Assembly: GCA_036785375.1 (NCBI GenBank)
Contig: JAWMAR010000005.1
Span: forward strand, 310,001-374,000
From: Leucoraja ocellata
Taxonomy: Eukaryota
DNA length: 64,000 nt
Direction: 5' to 3'
Made by a program: the position numbers and the translations under genes. The notes under the pieces are model-generated. The model worked only from the letters and a program-made list of their open reading frames with translations. It did not search any database and had not been told where the DNA came from. Positions 1 through 12,200 of this stretch are shown piece by piece (position 1 is the stretch's first letter; each line of letters starts with the position of its first letter).

Positions 1-1499
1 CGAATAACATCCGATCAGTTTATGCTGCACAGTATACAAGGATTCCAAATTGAATTTCCTTTTGGCCCTGTGCACGATAACATCGGGATCTGACCTGGTT
101 GGTGACCAACTCCAAACTCCAGCAACAGCAGCTTCGTCCGCCCCGAATCGTGGGGCTTGAATCAACCCATTCACGGGGCCTTTCATCGCCCGAGGCCGAT
201 TTCAGTCCGTGCCGGGTGATGAAAGGCCCCGCGAATGGGCCGATTAATGCTCCGCTCTATGATCTTTGCTCCACTAGGACGCCTCCCTCCTCCAATCACC
301 GCGCTTTATACTCAGTCCCACCCCCCTACTTCCGCCTCTGACCGACACTCCCTCCTCCAATCATCGCGCTGAATCATCATGTCCCCCCCCACCCCCCCCC
401 CCATTGCTTGCTAACCGGCATCCTCTAGTCCAATCGACGCCCTCGAACATCCGTCCCACCCCCTCTGTCTTGCGGAAAGCGGAGATTTTTAGTAGATTTG
501 TTTTTAGCCGAATTTCAAAATCTGGATTACAAAACATGTCCCCCACCTCTCAAAACATGGAGGGGACGTGTGTCCCCATGTCTCCCCGGGATAGCCACCC
601 ATGAAAACAGTACATAATAGCGCAACAATTTTAGGCCCAATTTACTCACTATTTGCCTGGAGTGTGGTGTAGCAATTTTCGTTCGATTTGACAAAGTATT
701 TCCCTTTAAAAAAATTACATTTTCTTTTTACCACTCGGGCCTGCTGCACTCCCACTTGCCGGCCCCGTTAGCTATATGCTTCCTATTTTCTCTTTATCCA
801 ACCCTCTGCATCCTTGGTTCCCTATTCTTGTTACTTTTGACAATCACCCTTACACAAATATGTTGACCTTAAGTTCTTGTTTTTTTCTCCTTTGAATGCT
901 TCCCACTGTGCAGATTTTGACTTACAGATAAGTAAATTTGCCAGGTCCTGGCTTAATGTTGTGAAATTGGCCCTCCCCCAAAGTAAGCCCCCTATTCCAA
1001 TCTATCTCTGTCATTTTACGTAACCATTTTGAAATATACAGATTTATGGTCAATGGGGCGACAGAGTGGCGCTGTGGTAGAGTTGCTGCCTTATAGTGCC
1101 AGAGACCCATGTTCAATCCTGACTAGGAGTGCTGTCTGTACGGAGTTTATATGTTATCCCTGTGACCACCAGAAGGCCAGGCAGCATCTGTGGAGAAAGA
1201 AAAACAGAAGTAAAACATTTCTGTGAGAAGGAAGGAATCGGTAGTACAAAGGAAATATCTCTGATTGAATTCAATGTGAGGATGTGTAAGCATATTATGC
1301 TTCCTTGGCCGTGAGATGTGTTGTTAATAGTGTGCTCAAGGACACATCTAGCAGGACAAACTGTGCTAAAATGATGATGGGAAGAAACAATAAGTTACCC
1401 TGAGAGATGCCACTGAAATGTCTTCCTTCTTTCTGAACAGTGGCTTCTCCTCTACTGGAGTGGACAGAGTCCTTAATCACATCTTATTGATTTTCCCAC

Positions 1500-1850
1500 A
1501 TCTATGCTCTCACTCTTCATCTTTCCAGGAATGGATAAGATCATAGTTCCCTTGCTCCTTACCTTCCACCCAGAAACCTGCCATATTTATCCAATCATTC
1601 TTTGCATTTTTCACCAGATCCAATAAAATCCCTCGTCCGTCCCCAGCAACCACTCGCACTCATGCGGCATGTCTCCATGCAAAAACACAGGAGAAGCAAC
1701 ACTTGACTTTTCACCTCTTCCCTTCCCACCGTCCAGGGACACAAATAGCCTTTCCAGGTTAAGCAATGAATGACTTGCACTTTTTCCAAACGGATGTACA
1801 GCATTTGGTGTTCTCTGCGTGGTCTCTTCCACATGGAGGAAATTAAACAT
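1500..1850 (+). mobile_element. Degenerate Penelope-like (GIY-YIG region) fragment followed by hairpin repeats
   Basis: Similar in character to the Penelope remnant at 32830-33520, followed by gctggagtaactcag inverted repeats. Confidence 0.45.
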
Positions 1851-2572
1851 AGTTGACACAAAGTGCTGGAGTAACTCAGTGGGTCAGGCAGCATTTCTGG
1901 TGAAAAAAGATGGGTCAGATCAGAAACGTTTTTCAGACAGTGTAACAGTGCAGGGTGTAAACATGGGTTCTAACACAAAAACGTCACCCATCCTTTTTAT
2001 TCAGAGATACTGCCTGACCCGCTGAGTAACTCCAACACTTTTTGCCTGTCTTCAGCATAAACCAGCATCTGCAGTCCCTTTCTACACAGATGGAGTGAAT
2101 GCTTTGTGGAGTATTTCCACTACATCTACAGGAGTAGATCCCCCTCCACTGCTACCCTGACCTCCCTATGTGTCACCTCCGCACTGTTACAACGGGACCC
2201 AATTGAAGCTTGCTGACATTTAATGATTTCTAAATTAATGCTTATTTGGTTCATTAGGATGTATTCCAATACATGGCCAGGTAAACTCACTGGTGAACAC
2301 TCGGTGCTCCCCTTCTTTCCTTTATTACAGTACATTTATATCAGAATGGTCAATGAAAGTTGAAGGAACATGGTGCCTCTGGGAACTTCGCTTTTTTCAG
2401 TGGCCAGTTGGGTCAGCTGGTGGACGTTGGTTGAATAGCAATATTCCACTAGGAATTGGATCAGTGGACCACTCTTTCAAAGAGCTGGCACAGAACGATG
2501 GGCCAAGTGGCTTCCTTCTGCACTGACATTACTTTTCCCTGATGCTGACCCAATGATGTGATTTCTTTGCAG

Positions 2573-2707
2573 TTTCTCAAATGAAGGAGAATCAAGTTGC
2601 GGTGACGTACCTTGCCTGGATCATTCTACCTTTGGTGCTGGGAGTTCTTGCTGTTACTGGAGCCATTTGCCTCATCAGACGCAGAGCATCTGGAAGCCAC
2701 CAGTCCT
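2573..2707 (+). CDS. Gene A (paralog) stalk/transmembrane exon; ectodomain exons lie upstream of the window
   Basis: Acceptor tttgcag, donor gtatgt. Encodes SQMKENQVAVTYLAWIILPLVLGVLAVTGAICLIRRRASGSHQS. Confidence 0.88.
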
Positions 2708-2801
2708 GTATGTGTAACTAAATAATTCAGCCTGAGCTGATTGCTGTGTGGTTAGTGAAATCGGAAGGGCTGGTTCCGATTGTCAAAAAGCCGTCATTAT
2801 G

Positions 2802-4164
2802 TAGGTATGTTACAAAACCTACCTGAATCGTCATTGGGAATCTGCCCAAAGCCATGTGGGCGAATTTGGCGCTGTTTGGAGGGGGCGGGTTTAAAACGCG
2901 ATTTTTACTAGGCTGTTCTAATCGCAGATGTTCAGCCTAGTAAATCATTAAAGAAAAATCACTGCAAGACCCGGTCGCAAAAGGTATTATTAGTTTTATA
3001 GGACTCGAATAATAGTTATAATAATTTTTAAATCACTCTCTCACTTCGCAACCTCTCGCAGCCCCAGGGTTTTATAAAGCAAACAATTAAAGGTATGTAC
3101 CTTATTTTTACATTAAATGGGGCGTGTATATAACCCTGTTATTAAAGTTTTCTATAGCGAGTAGTTCATTTTGGGCTTTTTATATCCCGCAGTATTTTTC
3201 TCGGCATTTGAGGGCACTAATCCAGCGCGATGTGAACGTTCTAAACCAGCGCGTTCACAGGAACCCACTAGAAAGCCGATTTAAATGGGCATTTATTTAC
3301 AGCAATTGAACACTAAATTCCTTCCATTTGGCCTATAAATTAATGTAAATTAGATATAAAAATCATGTTATATTGTGAATTATTTGTGAATAATCTTTGG
3401 ACACTTAGGCTATTTAAGAAATGGATAGATGTTTATATCTAGTAATTGAATTTTGATTAAAGATGATTTTCTTTTTTAGTATTTACTATTTGTTTTAGCG
3501 TTTAACTTTATAATCTCTACCTTTTTTTCTAAAATTGAAAAATTGAGGAAAACAATGTGTACAGAGTTGCTTATTGGTTGCAGTCTGAGGAGTATGATGA
3601 TGCTACTGATTATGATATGCCAATGTACCAGCTAGCAGCTGATCTTCTCCATAAAGACTTGGTCTTTTGCTAGAAATTGAAATTTATTTACCTATCCATA
3701 ACTGACTTACAGCATATTATACAATAATATTAAAGTTCTGATCTTGAGAATATCACATTTTTGAATTTTCAAGGCAGTCTGGTTGTTTATTACCATTTCT
3801 GTCACATCGGTCAATTTTGTAATTAGCTAATTATATGCTTTAATTTCATGTCATCCAAGTAAGATTGTTTGATATTTTTTCAGAATGCTTCAATCTATGA
3901 TAGGTGAAAATTTCATTCAGTTCTCTTAATTCTTAAGAAAGTTACGGGTTTTTGACTATCCAAGATCACAGCTTTTTGTAATGTCCATTGAAAATCAATA
4001 GGGAACAAGATGCTAATTTCCGAGTATGAAAATGGCCATAACTTTTTTAATACTTGAGATATGAAAGTGAATTTGGTGTCAAATTAAACTTGTTGTTATG
4101 CTTTATCTGATGGGATAAATTGCAGGCTTGATTTTTAAAATCTCAAAATTTTGTAACATTGCTA
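2802..4164. mobile_element. Non-autonomous DNA transposon, TAG termini, 7-bp TSD (possibly hAT-related)
   Basis: TIRs TAGGTATGTTACAAAA / TTTTGTAACATTGCTA. TSD CATTATG at 2795-2801 and 4165-4171. The empty site is present in the gene B intron near 34975. Confidence 0.85.
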
Positions 4165-4242
4165 CATTATGCTGTTGGGTAGCAAAGTGGGATTCACAGC
4201 TCCGAGGCTGCTCATTGTGGGACCTTATTCTCTATTTCACAG

Positions 4243-4316
4243 CCCAGTCTGGAGTGGATGATAATCAGACCCCAGGAGCAGATTATGAAAACATATCCGT
4301 GGCAAGAAATGTCCCG
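4243..4316 (+). CDS. Gene A cytoplasmic exon 1 (ADYENI)
   Basis: Acceptor ttcacag, donor gtgagt, 74 nt. Encodes (S)QSGVDDNQTPGADYENISVARNVP. Confidence 0.85.
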
Positions 4317-4429
4317 GTGAGTTCTGATAGTTTTCTGTGATAAGCAGACCTGTGCTGGGATCCTTCTCCATGATGGTGTGCTGTTAGCTTCCCATCAGGT
4401 ATTTACTCCACTAGGTTTGTGGATCATTG

Positions 4430-6809
4430 TAGGCTGTGGCCGAGCATCAAAAATGTGTCTAGAAATCAACTTTTGTGACCAATGTCTCAGAACTACTTGA
4501 AATTTTGCACAGATTTAGATAAAATATAATTGAGAAGGAAGTCATAACTCGTCAGTGCCAAAAGTTGCACATTTATTAATTAAACTAATTAGAAAATGAG
4601 ATTAAAAATGTACGCGCCATCTAGTGTCCAATGCCCATATTACACCATGGGGAGCCTATTTCCATGATGCAGTCTATTTAAACTATATATTATTATACCA
4701 TATATATATATATGACTTGTGAATATGACTGTATTCATATATAATTATGTATAATTATATTATATAAAATAATATAATTAATATAATATAATTTTTATAA
4801 TATAATTTTTTGCGCTTTTCGACTGAGTGCCGCAGAGGTCCAGCTCCTGAACCAGCCTAATTAATGGGTGAGGGCAGTTCTTTTGGGTTCCCCTGCTTAC
4901 TGAACCCCACTGACTACCAGTGTGCAGAATGGGGGTCATGGCCATAGTGGGACTGGGACAGTGCCAGGCTGGGGGAAAGGTAAGGCATCTTCCACTGAGA
5001 GGAAAATGCCTAACCCTAACCCTAACTCGCCCCCCTTCCAGAGCTGCCGACGGCTGGAGCTGGTGCTGCTTTGGGACCGGCTGCGGGTTCCGTACGTGTG
5101 GCCACTCAGCGAGTCCACCTCGGCCAGCATGCCCTTCTGGATCATTGTGGTGATGATGGTGGGGAGTAACACTGCCTTGCATGCTGCCCAGGCCACCTTC
5201 AGCACCCCATAGCGCCAGCTCCGTCAGTCCGCCTGCTCGCTCGTTGCAATACCGGCCGGCCGACAACCTGACCGAACCCTCGCAGCACTCACAGGCCTAC
5301 CAACTGCCTGACCGACCCCTCGCAGCATCCACTAGCAGGCCGACAGCCCAACCAGCCCATCGCAGCATCCACTAGCGGTCCGTTCCCCGACCGATCCTCC
5401 ACAGCATCCATTAGGCCATGACCCTAACCCAGACCCTAACCCTGACCCTAACCCTGAACCTAACCCTAATCCTAACCCTAGCTGTACATTTGTTAATTAT
5501 AATTTTTATTTAACATCCAAACTTTATATAGATAAATCAATTGAAAAACAAAATTATCAACAAGGTTAGCATTACCTTTATCCTTGGAAACCTTGTTATT
5601 GCTATTGATGTAATGAGGAGGCAGCCATGATCCCAGAGTCCTCGCTGCCTAGCGACCATAAAATAAACAGTATGCGGGATTGGTCAATTTGCGTCCGACC
5701 TTAATGTCAAACGTGCATTGATTGGACAATTATTACTCGGATAATTGGAATTTTTTGTCATATTTAAATAAAATGTGCAGGTTTTGTTCTTGACGAGTTT
5801 CAGGTATGATTTATATTATATTTTTACACAATACAATACAATACAATACAACGGTTTATTTGTCACATTGCACAAAAAGTGCAAGTGAAATGATATGTCA
5901 GCAGCGATACAATGATAAAGGGCACACACAAAAACACAATAAAATTTTAACATAAACATCCACCACAGCATTCATCACTGTGGTGGAAGGCACACAATTT
6001 GGCCAGTCCTCCTCCATTTTCCCCCGTGGTCGGGACCTCAACCCTCCGCAGCAGTCGCTGCGGGCGTCCAGATGGTAAGGACAAGGTACAAGTCCAGGTA
6101 AGTCCAGAGTCGGCTCCTCCCCACCGGAGACCGCAGCTTTTAGTTGGTATAGGCCGGCGGCCGAAGATTTAAAGTTCCCTCCACGTCGCAGCTGTAAGCA
6201 CCGCAGTCTGCAGGGCCGGCGGTCGAAGCTCCCCTCCAGGGGTGATGTAAGTCCATACCGGACCCGCGGTAGAAGTTGGCCGCGGGCCGGCGGTGGAAGC
6301 TCCTTCTTCTCCCGGGTCCCCCACGAGGGATCCCGGGCTGTAGACGCCGCGCCAGCTGGAGCTGTGCAGACCACGGCTTCAGGCTGCCGTCTGCTGCGGG
6401 CCAACGGAACGGAGCGCTCCCTTCCAGCGAGCCCCAGCTCCGTTCTGACAGTCCACGCTGCACCTGCCGCCAGAGCCCCGAGCCCCGGGCGCGTCTCCGG
6501 GAAAGGCCGCGCCGATCCACGCTGTAAGGCCACGGGGGAGGCGACCTGGAAAAAGTCGCCTCTCCTTGGAAGAGACGACCGAAACGGTTTCCCCCTCACC
6601 CCCCCACACCACCCCCCACACAAAACACACGAAGGAACATTAAAAACATACTTCAAAACATACCAAAAAAATTAAAAAAGTTGAAAAAACTAGCGCGCTG
6701 CTGACAGGGCTGCCGCCAGTGCAGCGCCCCCATCAATATGTTAAAAATTCAGGATAGTTCTGAGATGGGTCACGAACCTGAACGAAAAAGCTCCTCGGCC
6801 CACAGACTA
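4430..6809. mobile_element. Academ-like non-autonomous DNA transposon containing telomere-like (CCCTAA)n tracts and a nested retroposon
   Basis: TIRs TAGGCTGTGGCCGAG / CTCGGCCCACAGACTA and a 3-bp TSD TTG. The empty site is seen in gene B near 34715. TAG ends with a 3-bp TSD fit Academ (family assignment inferred). Confidence 0.7.
5828..6732 (-). mobile_element. GC-rich non-autonomous retroposon with (GTATT)n tail, copy 1
   Basis: Inverted homolog of 7630-8565. AATAAA plus microsatellite 3' tail typical of LINE-mobilised elements. Confidence 0.7.
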
Positions 6810-7416
6810 TTGGGTATTGTAAATGTACATGGTGCATCTGTTGATGGAGAGTGGGACATGCACTGCTTGTGAGCAGGTGTGTGAGAGCACACTACCAGGT
6901 CTAACAATCCACTGAAGGTTCAGCTTCAGCTGCTTAACCTGAGAGGAGATCAACCTCAGGATCTCTCCTACTTTTGTCTGCTCAGAACCATCCTTTCTGG
7001 CCAAACATTTGGCCATCAGCTCCACCATTAGCACAACTACTTCAACAATTGTCTGATAATGTTCGCTTCAAACTAATAGGAGTGTTTAACCACAGTAAAG
7101 GCAGGTTCCTGATTAATATGGTTTCGGAATTCTTTCAAAAATCTCTCTCCATGACTTTGATGATAATCATTCTTAGTACTTCAGCTCTCCTGAAACTGTT
7201 GACTCCTGCGTGACATGGAGTGTGTGTCCAAGATTAAAGATAGCAGTCGTTTCAGTGGAGAAGTTATATTTTTCTTATGAGTGTAGTTCCATCATGTCTC
7301 AACATCGCACTAAAAATATTCAGTACTTGTTCTCCTGAACAATGAAGGGAGCTGCCAGCTGAATTCTGAAGCCAGCTTTTTGGCCAAAGTAACTGTTTGA
7401 TTGTGTTGTGTTGTAG

Positions 7417-7458
7417 AATTCAGGAGATCACCAGGCAGATCCAAACGCCATCTACATG
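7417..7458 (+). CDS. Gene A cytoplasmic exon 2
   Basis: Acceptor gttgtag, donor gtaaga. Encodes NSGDHQADPNAIYM. Confidence 0.85.
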
Positions 7459-7548
7459 GTAAGAAAAGTCACATTTAAGACGTTGAAGCGTTTCGATGAG
7501 CTCGAGTTGCTAAGTTGCTGTTTCCAACATTTCTGTGTTTTCTGCTAG

Positions 7549-7591
7549 GGTTTACAAAGACCCACTCAGTCCATCTACGGTCATCTCGAAG
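7549..7591 (+). CDS. Gene A cytoplasmic exon 3 (ITAM YMGL-QRPTQSI-YGHL)
   Basis: Acceptor ctgctag, donor G|gtacgt. Encodes GLQRPTQSIYGHLE(G). Read-through gives GTFQ-stop ending at 7605. Confidence 0.85.
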
Positions 7592-7629
7592 GTACGTTCC
7601 AGTAACTGTTGACAATGACTACTATCGGT

Positions 7630-8565
7630 GGGGGTGCTGCAATGGCGGTAGCCCTGTCAGCAGCGCGTTAGTTTTTTCAACTTTTTTAATTTTTTTTAGT
7701 ATGTTTTAAAGTGTGTTTTTAATGTTTCTTTGTGTGTTTTGTGTGGAGGGTGGTGTGAGGGGTGAGGGTGAAACCGTTTCGGCCGCCTCCTCCATGGAGA
7801 GGCGACTTTTTCCAGGTCGCCTCCCCCGTGGCCTAACAGCGAGGATCGGCGCGGCCTTTCCCGGAGACGCGCCCGGGGCTTCAGCGGCGGGCGCAGCATG
7901 GACTCTCGGCGTGGAGCGGGTGAGCCCTCGCTGGGGCTCGCTGGGGTTCGCTGGAGGGGAGCGCTCCGTTTCACTGGTCCGGGGCAGCCGGCAGCCTGAA
8001 GCCGCGCGCGGTCTGCACAGCTCCAGCTGGTGCGGCGACTACAGCCTCCCTCATGGGGGACCCGGGGGAAGAAGAAGCCATCACTGCCGGCCCGTGGCCA
8101 ACTTCTACCGCGGGCGCAGTGGCGACTTACCATCACCCCTGGAGGGGAGCTTCGATCGCCAGCCCTGCGGTCTGCGGTGCTTCTGGGTGAGGCGCGGCGG
8201 GAACTTTAAACTTTAAATCTCGACCGCCGGCCTGCAGCCTACACCAACTAAAAGCTGTGGTCTCTGGTGGGGAAGAGCCCATCCTGGACTTACCTGGACT
8301 TGTACCTTGTCCTTTTACCATCTGGACGCCCGCAGCGACGGCTGCGGAGGGTTGAGGTCCCGACCACGGGGGAAATTGGAGGAGGACTGGACAAATTGTG
8401 TGCCTTCCACCACAGTGATGAATGCTGTGATGGATGTTTATGTTAAATTTTTATTGTGTTTTTGTGTGTGTTTTTTATCATTGTACCGCTGCTGACATAT
8501 TCATTTCACTTGCACTTTATGTGCAATGTGACAAATAAACCGTATTGTATTGTTGTATTGTTGTA
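7630..8565 (+). mobile_element. GC-rich non-autonomous retroposon, copy 2
   Basis: Same family as 5828-6732. Absent from the corresponding gene B intron near 32010. Confidence 0.7.
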
Positions 8566-9150
8566 TGACGCATCTGCACCATGTGATATCTGTCAACTGC
8601 TGCAGAAAGGTTGAGGTTTCAGGCAAGAATGACTAGCATGCAGATGGGCCGACAGGAGTTCAGTCTGACTACATGTTTGGTTCAGAGAGTAAATTAACAC
8701 CCATCACGGAGTCGGATTAACTGGCTATGAACACACAGCCTTGGAATCCTGGTAACACTGAGTATTTAATCCGGGTGAAAAGATCCAGAGCAAGTCAATT
8801 TCTAATTCATTATCCCATCTTGGTTTCAGATATTGTCTCTGACATTTCCAACAAAAGCTGTTCCGTGAATTGTTGGGGATTAGACGATAGTGATCAAGAT
8901 GAAACTCGCATTCCCTGACCACATCCTTCAGTGATCAGTCACAATGACATCAGAGAGAGAGCATCTGTCACTAAGCAAGAACTCAACCTCATTCTTACCT
9001 TAATTACCGTCAGGGTGAAGCAGGGTTAATTTTTTTGGGCAAAAGTTACAAGACTTAAGTTGCCTTCAGTATTGTGGTGAAAGTGGGGTCTTACTGAAGT
9101 GTTCTCGATTTTAATGGGTTCTCTATAGAAACATAGAACATAGAAACATA

Positions 9151-10998
9151 CAGTGCATTCAGAAAGTATTCAGAACCCTTCACTTTTTCCACATGTTGTT
9201 GTGTGACAGCCTTATTCTAAACTGGATTAAATTCATTTCTTTATCATCAATCTACAAACAATATCCCATAATAAAAAAGCAAAAGCAGGTGTTTAGAAAA
9301 ATTTGCAAAGTAATTGAAAAGAAATAACTGAAATATCACACTTACATAAGTATTCAGATCCTTTAGTACTTTGTTGAGGCACCTTTGGCAGCGATTACAG
9401 CCATGTCTTCTTGGGTATGAGGCTCCAAGCTTGGCACACATGTATTTGGATAATTTCTCCCATTATTCTCTGCAGATCCTCTCAAGCTCTGTCAGGTTGG
9501 ATGGGGAGCATCGGTACACAGCTATTTTCAGGTCTCTCCAGAGATGTTCGATCGGGTTCAAGTCCGGGCTCTGGTTGGGCGACTCAAGGACATTCACAGG
9601 CTTGTCATGAAGCCACTCCTGCGTTGTCTTGGCTGTGTGCTTGGGGTTGTTGTCCTGTTCAAAGGTAAACCTCCGCCCCAGTCTGAGGTCCAGGACGCTG
9701 TGGAGCAGGTTTTCATCAAAGAAATCTCTGTACTTTGTTCCATTCATCTTTCCCTCGATCCTGAATAGTCTCCCAGTTCCTGCCGCTAAAAAACATCCCC
9801 ACAGTATGATGCTGCCACCACCATACTTCACGGTAGGTATGATATTGGGCAGGTGATGAGCGGAGCCTGGTTTCCTACAGACATGATGCGTGGCATTCAG
9901 GCCAAAGAGTTCAATCTTGGTTTCATCGGACCAGAGAATCTTGTTTCTCATGCCTTTTGGCAAACTCCAAGCGGGCTGTCATGTGCGTTTTACTGAGGAG
10001 TGGCTTACGTCTGACCAATCTATCATATTGGTGGAGTGTTGCAGATATAGTTGTCCTTCTGGAAGGTTCTTCCATCTCCACAGAGGAAGTCTGGGGATCT
10101 GTCAGAGTGACCATCGGGTTCTTGGTCACCTCCCTGACCAAGGCTCTTCTCACCCGATTGCTCAGTTTGACCGGGCAGCCAGCTCTATGAAGAGTCCTGG
10201 TGGTTCCAAAGTTAAGAATAACTGAGGCCACTGTGCTCTTCGGGACCTGCAATGCTGCAGAGTTTATTTTATACCCTTCCCAGATCTTTAAGAATAAGGA
10301 GTAAGCCATTTAGAACGGAGACGAGAAAACTCTTTTTCTCACAGACAGTGGTGAGTCTGTGGAATTCTCTGCCTCAGGTGGAGGCAGGTTCTCTGGCTGG
10401 TTTCAAGTGAGAGCTAGATAGGGGATGTGGGGAGAAAGCAGGAATGGGCTACTGATTGGGGATGATCAGCCATGATCACATTGAATGGCGGTACTGGCTC
10501 GAAGGGCCTAATGGCCTTCTCCAGCACATATTGTCTATTGTCTATTGTGTCTCGACACAGTTCTGTCTCGGAGGTCTACGGACAATTCCTTCATCTTCAT
10601 GGCTTGGTTTTTGCTCTGAAGTACTGTCAACTGGGGGACCTTATATAGACAGGTGTGTGCCTTTCCAAATCATGTCCAATAAATTTAATTTACCACTTAT
10701 GGACTCTAATCAAGTTGTAGAAACATCTCAAGGATAATCAATGGAAACAGGATACACCTATGCTCAATTTTGAGTGTCAAAGCAAAGGGTCTGAATACTT
10801 ATGTAAATGTGATATTTCAGTTATTTATTTTTAAATACTTTGCAAAAATTTCTAAACACCAGTTTTTGCTTCTTCGCTCTGGGGTATTGTGTGTAGATTG
10901 ATGATGAAAAAAATGAATTGACTCCATTTTTAAATAAGGCTGTAACATAACAAAATGTGGAAAAAGTGAATGGGTCTGAATACTTTCGGAATGCGCTG
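9151..10998 (-). mobile_element. Tc1-family (IR-DR type) DNA transposon, decayed transposase, with internal CR1 3' fragment (~10286-10546)
   Basis: TIRs CAGTGCATTCAGAAAGTATTCAGA. ORFs contain [20 protein letters not shown] and SPDLNPIEHLW (Tc1 DD34E motifs). Inserted at a TA in a CR1 (ATAGAAAC)n tail. Confidence 0.92.
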
Positions 10999-11000
10999 TG

Positions 11001-12200
11001 GAAAATAGGTGTGGGAGTAGGCCATTCGGCCCTTCGAGCCTGCACCGCCATTCAATATGATCATGGCTAATCATCCAACTCAGTATCGTGTACCTGCCTT
11101 CCCTCCATACCCCCTGATCCCTTTAGCCACAAGGGCCACATCTAACTCCCTCTTAAATGCAGCCAATGAACTGGCCTCAACTACTTTTTGACAGAGTATT
11201 CCACAGATTCACCACTCTTTGTGTGAAAAAAAATGTTCTCATCTCGGTCCTAAAAGACTTCCCCCTTATCCTTAAACTGTGACTCCTTGTTCTGGACATC
11301 CCCAACATTGGGAACAATCTTCCTGCATCTAGCCTGTCCAACCCCTTAAGAATTTTGTAAGTTTCTTTAAGATCACCATTAACCTTCTAAATTCTGGCGA
11401 CTTCAAGCCAAGTCTATTCAGTCTTTCTTCATATGAAACTCCTGCCATCCCAGGAATCAGTCTGGTGAACCTTCTCTGTACTACCTCTATGGCAAGAATG
11501 TCTTTCCTCTGATTAGGAGACCAAAACTGTACGCAATACTCCAAGTGTGGCCTCACAAAGGCCCTGTACAACTGCAGTAGAACCTCCCTGCTCCTATACT
11601 CAAATTCTTTTGCTATGAACTCAAATCCTTTTGCTATGAATTTTTTGCTATGATCATGGTTGATCATCCAAAATGAGTACCCCGTTCCACAATTCTCCCC
11701 ATATCCCTTGATTCTGTTACCCTAAGTGCTATATCTAACTCTCTCTTGAATACATCCAGTGAATTTGCCTCCACTGCCTTCTGTGGCAGAGAATTCCACA
11801 GATTCACAATTCTGGGTGAAAATATTTTTCCTCCTATCAGTCTTCTTTTTCCGCATGGCGTGCATAGCCAAAGTTATAGCACAACTTTTTCTTATTTGAT
11901 TGTGCATGCCGGCTTGATTGCATTCGTCGAAACAGGGCGGACCACGTGAAGGTCGCAATCTTCCACCCCCTAAGATCAGTCCTAAATGGCCTACCCCTTA
12001 TTCTGAAACTGTGACCCCTGGTTCTGGACTCCCCCAACACCAGGAACATTTTTCCTGCATCTAACCTGTCCTATCCCTTAAGAATTGTATATGTTTCTAT
12101 AAGATTCCCTCACATCCTTCTAGATTCCAGTGAATATAAGCCCAGTCAATCCATTCTTTCATCGTATGTCAGTTCTGCCATCCCGGGAATTCACCTGACT
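11001..12200 (-). mobile_element. CR1 LINE 3' fragments
   Basis: RPHLEYCVQFWSP-type ORF2 C-terminus and CR1 3' UTR. Confidence 0.85.
11843..11970 (-). mobile_element. Short (Vingi/Ingi-like) non-autonomous retroposon with 5' HDV-like ribozyme fold, copy 1
   Basis: (GAA)-type tail and approximate TSD ATCAGTC. The 5' sequence GGGGTGG-AA-GATTGCG-ACC-TTCACGT-GGT-CCGCCCT-G-TTTCGA-C-GAA-TGCAATC fits the HDV P1/P2/P3/L3 topology. Confidence 0.65.

Noticed and set aside
5898-8495. Long GC-rich ORFs (252, 167, 146 aa)
   Set aside because: Chance ORFs within a repeated GC-rich retroposon; no domain motifs.
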